From the NCBI GenBank assembly GCA_944322555.1, contig CALUPJ010000068.1:1-57541 (forward strand): 57,541 nt of DNA, read 5' to 3'. Position 1 is the stretch's first letter. Every line of letters starts with the position of its first letter. The notes under the pieces are model-generated. The model had not been told where the DNA came from. It saw nothing but the letters and a program-made list of their open reading frames with translations, and ran no database searches. Shown one piece after another: positions 1 to 9,172 of the stretch. The stretch comes from Candidatus Gastranaerophilales bacterium. Lineage in GTDB: Bacteria > Cyanobacteriota > Vampirovibrionia > Gastranaerophilales > Gastranaerophilaceae. Both the position numbers and the translations under genes were made by a program.

Positions 1-122
1 ATGCTGTCACAAATTGCATCAACAAGCCAATCCGGTGCGGGCAGTTTTTCTATAAATCCGTCAATCGGGGCAAAAACAGTTTCATAAGAAGCATTGATTT
101 TTTCCAAAATTGATATTAACAT
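1..122 (-). CDS. 5' part of a gene running off the left edge; product uncertain, possibly a membrane permease
   Basis: Open frame from ATG at 122 (MLISILEKINASYETVFAPIDGFIEKLPAPDWLVDAICDS...) with no stop before the edge; not in the ORF track. Confidence 0.5.
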   Translation of the reverse strand, partial: MLISILEKINASYETVFAPIDGFIEKLPAPDWLVDAICDS

Positions 123-169
123 AATGTAATTAAACATCTAATTTAAAGTTAAATCAATAAGGAGTTTAT

Positions 170-1036
170 ATGAAAACAATAACAATAGACAAGGAAAAAT
201 GTATCCGCTGCGGTCTGTGCATAAGCGACTGTCTATCTTCCTGTATAGAATTTGATGAAGATAATTTCCCTAAAATGACGGCAGAAGAACGCTGCATTTC
301 ATGCCAGCATTGCCTTGCAATATGCCCGACGGGAGCATTATCCTTTAACGAAAAACATCCCGAAAATTCGCAAGCAGTTGACTACAATAACATCCTCGGA
401 CTTATAAAATCAAGACGGAGCGTGAGACAATATAAAGATGAAGAAATAAGTGAAGAAACCTTTGGGAAATTAAAAGAAATGCTGCCTTTTATCCCTACAG
501 GCTGCAATTCTCATTCCTTACATTTTTCCATTGTAGAAAAGAAATCCGCAATGGATACTATAAGAAATCGGGTTAATGAACTGCTTATTAAAACAATGTC
601 CTACAAGGCTCTTGCACCGATTGTCAATAAATTTTCGAAATACAAAGACGCTTTTATAAACGGTGAAGATGTAATCTTCAGAGGAGCACCGCACATGGTT
701 GTGGTATCTTCTCCGGTTACGGCTCCCTGTGCTACGGTAGACCCGATAATCGCTCTCAGCTATTTTGAACTCTATGCACAACATCTGGGTTTAGGTACCT
801 GTTGGTGCGGGTTCGCACAGGTATGTTTAAAAATATTCCCTGAAATATGCGAGATGTTGGAAATCCCGTCGGGATACAAACCCGTTTATGTCATGCTTCT
901 TGGTGTTCCCGCCGTAAAATATCAAAGAACCATACAGCCGGAACCCTATAAAATTGCTGAAATCAAAGAAATTCACGAAAAAGATTCCTGCTTCTTTTGT
1001 AAAGCAAAACGACTTTTTACAAATTTCTTAAGATAG
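170..1036 (+). CDS. Nitroreductase family protein with N-terminal 2x[4Fe-4S] ferredoxin domain
   Basis: CIRCGLC..C and CISCQHC..CP motifs, RRSVRQY and GLGTCWCG nitroreductase motifs; AAGGAG RBS. Confidence 0.9.
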   Translation: MKTITIDKEKCIRCGLCISDCLSSCIEFDEDNFPKMTAEERCISCQHCLAICPTGALSFNEKHPENSQAVDYNNILGLIKSRRSVRQYKDEEISEETFGKLKEMLPFIPTGCNSHSLHFSIVEKKSAMDTIRNRVNELLIKTMSYKALAPIVNKFSKYKDAFINGEDVIFRGAPHMVVVSSPVTAPCATVDPIIALSYFELYAQHLGLGTCWCGFAQVCLKIFPEICEMLEIPSGYKPVYVMLLGVPAVKYQRTIQPEPYKIAEIKEIHEKDSCFFCKAKRLFTNFLR

Positions 1037-1109
1037 AATGCAATTAAAATGCATGTTCAAAATTTAACCTGAGATTATTATGCAAAATAATTAGAAAAAA
1101 TGCTTCTTT

Positions 1110-1832
1110 TTATTTCCAATATTTATCCAGCCATTTTGTCGGTTTTATATATCTGAACCCGCATTTGCCGAAATATCCTTTATATGCCTGCTCGGGCGTA
1201 GGCTTGCCATGGAAAATTAATATCTTGGCTTCCTCGGGATCTCTCGGAACTTTAAACCAGCAGAGAGGGAACTTATGCAGGCACTGGCGTTTAAAACTGA
1301 CAACCCAGTCTTTAGGCCAATATTTTAACAAACCTTTTCTGTCCATTTCATAAGACAAAAATGCCTGCTCATTTTTATATCTCTTACGGATATCTTTACC
1401 TTCCTGATAAAAATGCTCAATTATCTCGGGATGTTTTCCGACTTCAAAACGGAAAACCGATGAATTACCGATAATATCATGCGGGAAATCATAATCTTTT
1501 GAGATTAAAAAACTTCCCTCTACTTCAAAAAACGGGTTAAGAGAACTTCTTATAATAATATCCAAATCCAAAAACAGTGCTGTGCCTGTCAAATCTGCAA
1601 GCGGATTTGCAAATAATCCGAGTTTTTTCCACATCCTGTCAGGAATCCCCTCGTCATTGAGTTCGGGCAAAGGTCTTATCTCAATACCTTCGTTAATTCC
1701 CTCCGCATTATCCGTAAAACACACAAACCTGTGCGGTAATGTAAGATTTTTTTCTACCATCCTATAAAGTTTATTTACATATTCGGGACCAAATTTTGTT
1801 CCCCATTTTATACAAATTACATTTCTATCCAT
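1110..1832 (-). CDS. Putative glycosyltransferase (GT-A fold, GT8-like)
   Basis: ICIKWGTKF N-terminus, FVCFTD, DLD metal motif, NEQAF, IFHGKP. Confidence 0.75.
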   Translation of the reverse strand: MDRNVICIKWGTKFGPEYVNKLYRMVEKNLTLPHRFVCFTDNAEGINEGIEIRPLPELNDEGIPDRMWKKLGLFANPLADLTGTALFLDLDIIIRSSLNPFFEVEGSFLISKDYDFPHDIIGNSSVFRFEVGKHPEIIEHFYQEGKDIRKRYKNEQAFLSYEMDRKGLLKYWPKDWVVSFKRQCLHKFPLCWFKVPRDPEEAKILIFHGKPTPEQAYKGYFGKCGFRYIKPTKWLDKYWK

Positions 1833-1870
1833 AACTTAACTCCTAACTTGTTTAGACTAGCATAAAAAGG

Positions 1871-2878
1871 CTAATTTAACAATTCCCTGTTCATTTTATC
1901 CGTTATTTTTTTATAATCCCTGTTTGTTTTTATAACCTGTGATTTTTTTATTGCATCGACAAATACTACATTATCGACCTCAACATCTTTTCTTGCAGGA
2001 ACTATCAACCCCGTAGAATTAAAAAATTCAATATTCTTCTTTGAGGATAAATATTTAACAAATTTCTCCGCAGCTTCCTTATGCTTAGTCGCTTTTGAAA
2101 CTGCCCAGCCTGATGCATCCAGAGGAACAGTTCCCGGAAAAGTAATAACGTCCCAATCAAAATTTGCTTTCTCACTTATTTTGGGATACATCCATCTGCC
2201 CGAGAGATAAAGTCCGATTTTCCCGTCCAAAAACATTTGTGCAAGAGTAGAACTACCAACCTGTGAAGGAGCGGGAGCATAATGTCCCTCAAGATTTTTG
2301 TAATACGCAAGCGATTTTTGAGGAAAATAAATATCTTCTTTAAAAGTTAAAATATATGGAAGCATAAAATACATGTCACGTTCATAGCTTATACCGAACG
2401 GTTTTACATTTTTTACGACCTCTAAAAGTTCATTCAAATTACGGGGCGTTTGGGAAATAAGATTTTTATTTCTGTAAAAAACAAGTGTTGAAATATCTCT
2501 CGGTACTGCCAGCAGTTTTCCGTCAATCGACATTGCCTTCAGGCTTTCCGGATAAAAATCGGATTTTGTAATTACTTTATCAAGCGGAAGCAGTTTGTTT
2601 GCATAAATCGGTAAATAAAGATTATTTACAAAAATTACATCCGGTGCCAGGTTTGAAGCAAACAAAAGGTGGATTTTTTGAAAATAATTTTGAGGAATAT
2701 GAATAAAATTAACCCTGATTTCAGGATTTTCAGCTTCAAAGTTTTTTATGACCTGCGAAAGAATCTTAACTTCCGTTACAGACCCCCAGGATGAAAATGT
2801 TATTTCTTCCGTGGTATTTTTTGTACAGGAACAAAATAAAAAAGGAATACAACAAAGGATTAGCAGTTTTTTTAGCAT
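1871..2878 (-). CDS. ABC transporter extracellular solute (sugar)-binding lipoprotein
   Basis: Lipoprotein-type signal (LFCSC), APDVI, LLAVP, FYRNK, AAEKFVKYL motifs of SBP family 1. Confidence 0.8.
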   Translation of the reverse strand: MLKKLLILCCIPFLFCSCTKNTTEEITFSSWGSVTEVKILSQVIKNFEAENPEIRVNFIHIPQNYFQKIHLLFASNLAPDVIFVNNLYLPIYANKLLPLDKVITKSDFYPESLKAMSIDGKLLAVPRDISTLVFYRNKNLISQTPRNLNELLEVVKNVKPFGISYERDMYFMLPYILTFKEDIYFPQKSLAYYKNLEGHYAPAPSQVGSSTLAQMFLDGKIGLYLSGRWMYPKISEKANFDWDVITFPGTVPLDASGWAVSKATKHKEAAEKFVKYLSSKKNIEFFNSTGLIVPARKDVEVDNVVFVDAIKKSQVIKTNRDYKKITDKMNRELLN

Positions 2879-5532
2879 AAATCCATTACATACTCCATAT
2901 TTTCTCCGTTTACTTTCATAATAAACTTATGATTAGCAAGTCTTACGATATATCTTAAAGTGCCGTCCTCAAGTTTGTCGCTGACTCTTGACTCCAGTTT
3001 TTCCGATTTTAATTTGTCATAATATTTTACTTTGAAAGTTTTATTGCCGACAAAACCTAAAACGCAATATTTGTCTTCGTTCTTTGCCAGATAACAGCCC
3101 ATTGTGCCGTTAAAATTTGTTACGGAAACAATAGTATAAATTTCTCCTTCAACAGCACAATTTTTGTTAATTTTACGAAGATTTGCTTCTTCCTGTGAAG
3201 ATTTTGGCTTTTGCTGTAAATTCTCCCGTGGTTTTATCTGCTGTTCTGCCAATTTAGGTTCTTGTTTTAAATTTTTCTTCCTGTCCGCTTTTGGTTCAAC
3301 AGGTTTTGATTCCTGCTGCAAATGCTCTTGGGGGTTTGATTGCCGTTCAACACGTTTTTGTTCAATTAGTTCTAATAATTTTTGTGCATCATCAATTTGA
3401 CTGTGATTTTCTTCTTTGTCTAAATCCACATAGTTATTATCATAAAGGGACGCAAAATCATCATTGTCATTTTCTTCTGCAACCGGTATATCTTCTTCGT
3501 CTACTATTTCAAATCCGCCGCCGAATTGATTAAATTCTTCCTGCATATCAGAAACACTCGGAGCCTGATATCCTTCTTCAAAAGGCTTAAATGTTACATT
3601 GGAAAGATTGTTTAGCAATGCTTCTTCGTCAACTTTTACGGGCTCTTCTTCGGGAGTTTCATATTTTTCCGGGTGTAAAAGAACATCCCTCAAATCGGGC
3701 AGTTCATCCGTAACAGACATTTTTTCAACGTCATAGCCGGAAGCTACATATTGAATAGAATCAGAGGGACGTGTTTTATAAGCGTCTGCATTATTTATTT
3801 CTTTGGATAAATCAGGCAAAGCCTCATCTAATTTTAATGTACTTACATCATATCCTTCACTGAAATATACCACCTGTGGTTTGGCTTCTGATTCAATCCT
3901 TTTGCCGCCTTGTTTTCTTAATGCCTCTGAAAGGTCGGGAAGCATATCTTTAACATTAAGTGTAAGCAGCTCTGAAGTTTTGTGAGGTTTGGTTTTTTGT
4001 TTTTCCATTTCCTTCTGCATTGCTTCCATACGTTCGGGATTGCATCTTAAATCAGTAATGAAATCCGGATCAATTTCTACGCTGATTAATTTGTATAAAG
4101 CATCAACATCATCTTTTGTAAAAGAGATATTTTGATTAATTGTATATGCGGTTACAAAGTTTTCCAATATTTCTTTTCTGGAAGTTTTTTTCTCAATCGG
4201 ATTTGAAACAACAAAATTTTGAAGATTTTTCATTGTATCATCGCTGATTTCCGAATTTAAAAGTTTGTTAATCCTTTCAATGTCATCATTGGAAAACCGT
4301 AAATTTCCGTCATTTATATATTTTTCATAAAGCTGTTCATCATATATTTCTTCATCTTCCGGCGGTTCTTCTTCCTGAAAAGAGAACGATTTTAAGAAAT
4401 CTTCAAGAGCATCGCTTTCATCATCTTCAGTAATTTCACCGTTTTGTTCACGGTTTTTTTCCTGAAAAAGTTCGTCCAGGTCAACAATATTGTTTTCGTC
4501 TCCCGTATCATCTTCTGTTGGCGCTGTTGTATTGGCTGTAATTGATGAAGCGGTATCCGCAGCTGTATTCAATTTATCAACGGGCATCCTGACAGGTTTA
4601 GTATACATTTTGTCAAGATTTTTAATCGTACTTCTGATTTTTTGTTTTTTTGTCTTATTATCTTTCTTTTTTTTCGGTTCATCATCGCTTAAATCAAAAT
4701 TAGACTGTTCTCCCGTAAGCTCGGCCATTTTATCTCTTGCCCGCAGTATAAAATAGACTGATACCGCTATTGCAAGAATTACTCCGAGTATAATTATAAC
4801 AAGTTCCGTTGAAGAAGAACTCTGTGCCGGAATTTCCGTACTCACCTGCTGTATATTGGTATCGGAAGGTTCAAATTGCTTTACACTTTCTTTTATATCT
4901 ACCGGTTCCGTTTGACTGACTCCGCTCCTGGAGTGAATAGTGTCAGGACGGCTGTGATATGCTGTTTCCGGAGGAACAGACTGATAATTGTTTTGTGTCT
5001 GAGCGGGGCGAAATTGTTGTACGGGCTGCGGTGGCGATTGCTGCTGCGGCAGTTCTTCAGGCATCGGGAATTGTACCTGCGGTGATTGTGTTTGCTGTGT
5101 TTGCTGTGCAGGCTGCGGAGCAGGAAGCGCTTCTTGTTTTTTTTCAGGTACATATATGGCTTTTTGAGCATTCACCATTGTATTTGGGACTGTCTTTACG
5201 GTAATTTTCGTATATCCGCGGCTGGTTTTTGTATAAGGCATCGTACGGATATCAACACTTTCGATATCTCCTTCAATATTGGCAGGCGATGCCATTTCGC
5301 TGTTCGTCTCAGGAAGCATTATAATATATGTGCTTGCATCTTTTTTGACGGGAGTAATAGTTCCTGCATAATCACGCTTTGTAAGCACTGTCATATTAAC
5401 AGCTCCGCTTCCCTTGCTCTCAAATTTTAGAGACATTAAACTGTTTTTATAATTCTCGGCTCCAAAAGCTCCGACTACCGTTACAACTGAAGCCAGAACC
5501 AGTGCAACCGTTCTCTTTTTAAAATGCTTCAT
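2872..5532 (-). CDS. Large bitopic membrane protein: signal peptide, small periplasmic (AMIN-like?) domain, Pro/Gln linker, one TM helix, long acidic cytoplasmic region with internal repeats
   Basis: 886-aa ORF; hydrophobic N-terminus, TM LVIIILGVILAIAVSVYFIL, D/E-rich tail, repeated LPDL units. Confidence 0.7.
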   Translation of the reverse strand: MKHFKKRTVALVLASVVTVVGAFGAENYKNSLMSLKFESKGSGAVNMTVLTKRDYAGTITPVKKDASTYIIMLPETNSEMASPANIEGDIESVDIRTMPYTKTSRGYTKITVKTVPNTMVNAQKAIYVPEKKQEALPAPQPAQQTQQTQSPQVQFPMPEELPQQQSPPQPVQQFRPAQTQNNYQSVPPETAYHSRPDTIHSRSGVSQTEPVDIKESVKQFEPSDTNIQQVSTEIPAQSSSSTELVIIILGVILAIAVSVYFILRARDKMAELTGEQSNFDLSDDEPKKKKDNKTKKQKIRSTIKNLDKMYTKPVRMPVDKLNTAADTASSITANTTAPTEDDTGDENNIVDLDELFQEKNREQNGEITEDDESDALEDFLKSFSFQEEEPPEDEEIYDEQLYEKYINDGNLRFSNDDIERINKLLNSEISDDTMKNLQNFVVSNPIEKKTSRKEILENFVTAYTINQNISFTKDDVDALYKLISVEIDPDFITDLRCNPERMEAMQKEMEKQKTKPHKTSELLTLNVKDMLPDLSEALRKQGGKRIESEAKPQVVYFSEGYDVSTLKLDEALPDLSKEINNADAYKTRPSDSIQYVASGYDVEKMSVTDELPDLRDVLLHPEKYETPEEEPVKVDEEALLNNLSNVTFKPFEEGYQAPSVSDMQEEFNQFGGGFEIVDEEDIPVAEENDNDDFASLYDNNYVDLDKEENHSQIDDAQKLLELIEQKRVERQSNPQEHLQQESKPVEPKADRKKNLKQEPKLAEQQIKPRENLQQKPKSSQEEANLRKINKNCAVEGEIYTIVSVTNFNGTMGCYLAKNEDKYCVLGFVGNKTFKVKYYDKLKSEKLESRVSDKLEDGTLRYIVRLANHKFIMKVNGENMEYVMDLC

Positions 5533-5582
5533 ACATAACTATTTTATCATAATGCGCCAAAACTAACTATACATTATTTAGA

Positions 5583-6584
5583 TTACATATCGGTTACAAT
5601 AATACGTTTATCCGAAGAAATCTTATCTATATTAAGTTTTGTATAAAGAACCCCGTTAAATATAAACTCATTTGCATAATATCCTTCACCCTGTTCGGCA
5701 AACTCGTTTTCCTGAAATTCAAATAATTCATTTATTTTATCTATAAGAAGTGCCAGTTTCAGTTCATTACATTTTATTATAATAACAGGTTTCTTATCCG
5801 GAGCTTTGCCGACTTCAAGTCCGAGAAATTTTTTCAGGTTAACCACTGTTATATAATCTCCTCGCAGATTCATAATCCCTTCAATAAAATCCGGTGTACC
5901 GGGAACACGTGTGATTGATGTATCTTTAAGAACTTCCTTAACAAAATCAAGAGCTATACAATATGAATCGTTGTTTAAATTAAAAGATATATATTTATTT
6001 TTAACATGCAATTCTCCGGATGCCAGTTTTAGGCTGGATTTGTCGGCAATTGCAAGCGTACGCTTGTTCATAACGGATTTTGACTCTTCATCCTGCGGAA
6101 ACAGCGATAAAATATCAACATCAGCCCAGTGATTATCATGAGTTTTCAACAAATTTTCTATTGCATAAATATTGATAATAAAAATCGTTTCCTGATTGTA
6201 TTTGTACAAAGAATCTATAACCATTTTGCTGTCTACAAAAGGTATCGCATCCATTAGAGAACTGTCAAAAGGCAATATACCTATAACTTTATCAGTCACA
6301 ATCCCGAATATAATTTCATCCGTCTTTACAATCAAAAGTTCATTATGTGTAGTATACGGAGGCACATTAATATTTAAATAAAATCTTATATCTACGACAT
6401 TGATAACAAAATTGTTATATTTTAAAAGTCCTACAATATTATTCGGCAGCTTTTGCGGATAGTCAAGAGCCGGCAGCTTCATAATTTCAAGTATGTTTTC
6501 CGTATTTATGGCATACTTATTGTCGCCTATTTGAAAAAACAGGTGGGTATTTTTTTTCTGTTCTATCAAATTATTGCTGTTCAT
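5583..6584 (-). CDS. cheW: Tandem CheW-CheW scaffold protein
   Basis: Two CheW-like domains (YAIN..ILEI..LP..IVGLL..VINVVD and YCIAL..VKEV..ITRVPGTPDFIEGIMNLRG). Confidence 0.9.
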   Translation of the reverse strand: MNSNNLIEQKKNTHLFFQIGDNKYAINTENILEIMKLPALDYPQKLPNNIVGLLKYNNFVINVVDIRFYLNINVPPYTTHNELLIVKTDEIIFGIVTDKVIGILPFDSSLMDAIPFVDSKMVIDSLYKYNQETIFIINIYAIENLLKTHDNHWADVDILSLFPQDEESKSVMNKRTLAIADKSSLKLASGELHVKNKYISFNLNNDSYCIALDFVKEVLKDTSITRVPGTPDFIEGIMNLRGDYITVVNLKKFLGLEVGKAPDKKPVIIIKCNELKLALLIDKINELFEFQENEFAEQGEGYYANEFIFNGVLYTKLNIDKISSDKRIIVTDM

Positions 6585-8028
6585 ACAGTACTACCCTGTT
6601 TCGTCCGCTCTCTTTTGCTTTGTACAAAGCTTCGTCTGCTGATTTCAGTATATCAGCCGGAGTGTTAAGCTCCTGATAATTCATTGTCAAACCTATACTT
6701 ACGGTAACTTTTGTTTTGACTCCGTTGTATTCAAAGTCATAATCTTCAACCATTCTTCTTAAACGCTGTACGGGAATAACAGCTCCTTCAATATTTGTCT
6801 CCGGCATAATCATAATAAGCTCTTCGCCGCCGTATCTGTATAAGAGGTCGGTTTTACGGAATGCAGATTTCATGAGATTTGCAACGGTTTTCAGCACATA
6901 ATCTCCATATTGGTGTCCGTATGTATCGTTGACTTTTTTAAAGAAGTCAATATCAAGAATAGCGAGGCTAAAGTCGGAAGGATGCCGTTTTGAACGGTTG
7001 TGTTCCTGCTCCAAACTGATTTCAAACTGCCTCCTGTTATAAAGTCCGGTGAGTCCGTCCAGTACGGACATAAATTCTTTTTCCGTATATTGATATTTCA
7101 TCTTAAAAATTGCAAGCAGTTCGCTAATCATAATATCAAAATACCTGAAAGATGCATAATCCATATCCTGCCGGGTATAGAAACAGATTCCGCCGATTAA
7201 TTTTTTGTCAAATATAAGCGGAATAATGATTTTGGAAGTCAAATCCGTGAATTTGTAGTCAGTTTCTTTACCCATAAGGATTCGAACCACTTCAAATTTT
7301 GTATTCTTAAAGCTTCTGTACTCTTCCATTTTTCTGAAAAAGTCATATTGTATGTCTGAAAGAACGTTCTTACAAAGGTTTCTTCCCAGAGTATCAATAT
7401 AGAGTATGTTTTCCGCAAATTCGTCGGGGGAAGCAAAGAATATACCCGCAACACTGTATTCAACAAATGAACTTAAAAGCGAAAACAGTTTTTCAACCAA
7501 AATTCTTTCATAGTTAAGGAAGTCACTCAAATTTCTAAATTCATTAGCAAAAACCGATTTAAGCAGCAAATCGTTTAAAATAGTATTGAGTCTGGTCTGG
7601 GCTGAATTTTCGGCATTTGCTCTTTGGCCGAGAGAAATTTTATACTCTTCGCTTAAAGGGTAACGCCTCAAAGTTGCATTAATATTCCTTACAAGTTCGT
7701 TTATATCAATTGATTTAGACAGAAACAATTGTGCACCGGCCTTTTTACCCCAAAAACTGTCAATCTTTTTATCCAGAACAGTAAGCAGGATAACCGGAAT
7801 TTTTTTTGTTTCTTCCACATTCTTAATCATTCTGCAAAGCTGATAGCCGTCAATTATGGGCATCATAATATCCGATACGACAACATCGGGCACGCACTCA
7901 AAAATTTTCTTATAAGCCTCCGCTCCGTTCATTGCGGTCTCTACTTCAAATCCGTTTTCAACCAGCCCCTCTTTTAAAAATTTCAGCTGGGTATCGCTGT
8001 CTTCTACCAATAGAATCTTTGCTGCCAT
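6571..8028 (-). CDS. Response-regulator diguanylate cyclase (REC - GAF-like spacer - GGDEF), WspR/PleD-like
   Basis: LLVEDS...SDIMMP REC domain; DGLTGLYNRR, DIDFFKKVND.YGH..GD, RKTD I-site, RYGGEEL active site. Confidence 0.92.
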   Translation of the reverse strand: MAAKILLVEDSDTQLKFLKEGLVENGFEVETAMNGAEAYKKIFECVPDVVVSDIMMPIIDGYQLCRMIKNVEETKKIPVILLTVLDKKIDSFWGKKAGAQLFLSKSIDINELVRNINATLRRYPLSEEYKISLGQRANAENSAQTRLNTILNDLLLKSVFANEFRNLSDFLNYERILVEKLFSLLSSFVEYSVAGIFFASPDEFAENILYIDTLGRNLCKNVLSDIQYDFFRKMEEYRSFKNTKFEVVRILMGKETDYKFTDLTSKIIIPLIFDKKLIGGICFYTRQDMDYASFRYFDIMISELLAIFKMKYQYTEKEFMSVLDGLTGLYNRRQFEISLEQEHNRSKRHPSDFSLAILDIDFFKKVNDTYGHQYGDYVLKTVANLMKSAFRKTDLLYRYGGEELIMIMPETNIEGAVIPVQRLRRMVEDYDFEYNGVKTKVTVSIGLTMNYQELNTPADILKSADEALYKAKESGRNRVVLYEQQ

Positions 8029-8111
8029 ATATTTGTATATTCCAATTTTATTAATTTTAGTATAAAATGATTATATAATAAATTGTCAAAAAAAACTATA
8101 GGAGAGAAAAA

Positions 8112-9158
8112 GTGCTTAGTGAATGGAATTTTGGGTTGAAACAGAAGTTTAATATTAAATGTATTATAGATATGGTCATATTTGTAATCGTATGTATTAT
8201 GTTTTTATTTTTTGCAAAAGTGAAAAATCTTCCGCCATACGATACATTTGTGTTTTTGACAATAATAGTTGCAATTAATACAGCCGTACATTTTATTACA
8301 AAACAATGGATTATGCGTTCCATTAAAAAATCCATGACATTCCAGTCAGAGTCATTATCTGAAACGACATCCGAAATTATGGAAACAGTAAATGCGCAAA
8401 AACGTGTTTTTGACAATCTTACCGCAAATACAAAGAATGTTTCCGGACTTATAGAAAAACTAAAAGCACTCTCAGAAGAATCTGCAGCTACTTCAAAAAA
8501 TACCGAAAAGCAGGTTAACCAATCTATAAACTTTTCCCAGAAAGAACACGAAGCTATTTCTGCTAACGCGGATAAGATGCTTGTATTAAGACAAAAAATC
8601 CAAATGATTGCCGAGCTTATTCTTGAGCTTTCCGAACATTCGCAGCAAATCGGAAATACCATAAGCGTAGTTGATGATATTGCGGAACAGACGAATATGC
8701 TGGCTCTTAATGCCGCTGTAGAAGCTGCCAGAGCCGGAGAGCACGGTAAAGGGTTCGCAGTTGTTGCCGGCGAAATCAGAAAACTTGCGGATGAATCAAA
8801 ACAAGCCATTACAAAAATCACTTCTCTTACAAGCAGTATTCAATATACAACCAACTCTACCGTTATGGCAACCGAAGAAGGCTCCAAAGAAATTGAAACG
8901 GTAGTAAAAGATATTAATGCAGTGTCATCAAATTCGGAAACATTGCTAAACCTGATTAAAGAAATTCTTGATTCGCTTGATGTTCTTAATCAGAACACAA
9001 AAAAACAAAACGATATTATTGAACGCTTAAATGTTATCGATGAAGAAAATTCCAACATAGCAGAGGATTTAAATCAGATAATGGTTTCAAATTCCGAAAG
9101 AATTTCCAAGCTAATTACTTTTTCAAACGATTTGAAAAGCTCTGCAATAGACGGATAG
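8112..9158 (+). CDS. Methyl-accepting chemotaxis protein with two N-terminal TM helices and almost no sensor domain
   Basis: [36 protein letters not shown] signalling hairpin. Confidence 0.93.
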   Translation: MLSEWNFGLKQKFNIKCIIDMVIFVIVCIMFLFFAKVKNLPPYDTFVFLTIIVAINTAVHFITKQWIMRSIKKSMTFQSESLSETTSEIMETVNAQKRVFDNLTANTKNVSGLIEKLKALSEESAATSKNTEKQVNQSINFSQKEHEAISANADKMLVLRQKIQMIAELILELSEHSQQIGNTISVVDDIAEQTNMLALNAAVEAARAGEHGKGFAVVAGEIRKLADESKQAITKITSLTSSIQYTTNSTVMATEEGSKEIETVVKDINAVSSNSETLLNLIKEILDSLDVLNQNTKKQNDIIERLNVIDEENSNIAEDLNQIMVSNSERISKLITFSNDLKSSAIDG

Positions 9159-9172
9159 TAGAGGTATTATAA

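Noticed and set aside
1039-1065. GCAATT-N15-AATTTA as a sixth motif copy
   Set aside because: It lies between convergent gene ends, lacks the TTGTAA repeats and has no gene start downstream
8096-8821. 241-aa antisense ORF over the MCP, and similar shadow ORFs over the AsmA-like gene, uvrB and rseP
   Set aside because: They are antisense shadows of well-supported genes, with no motifs or RBS
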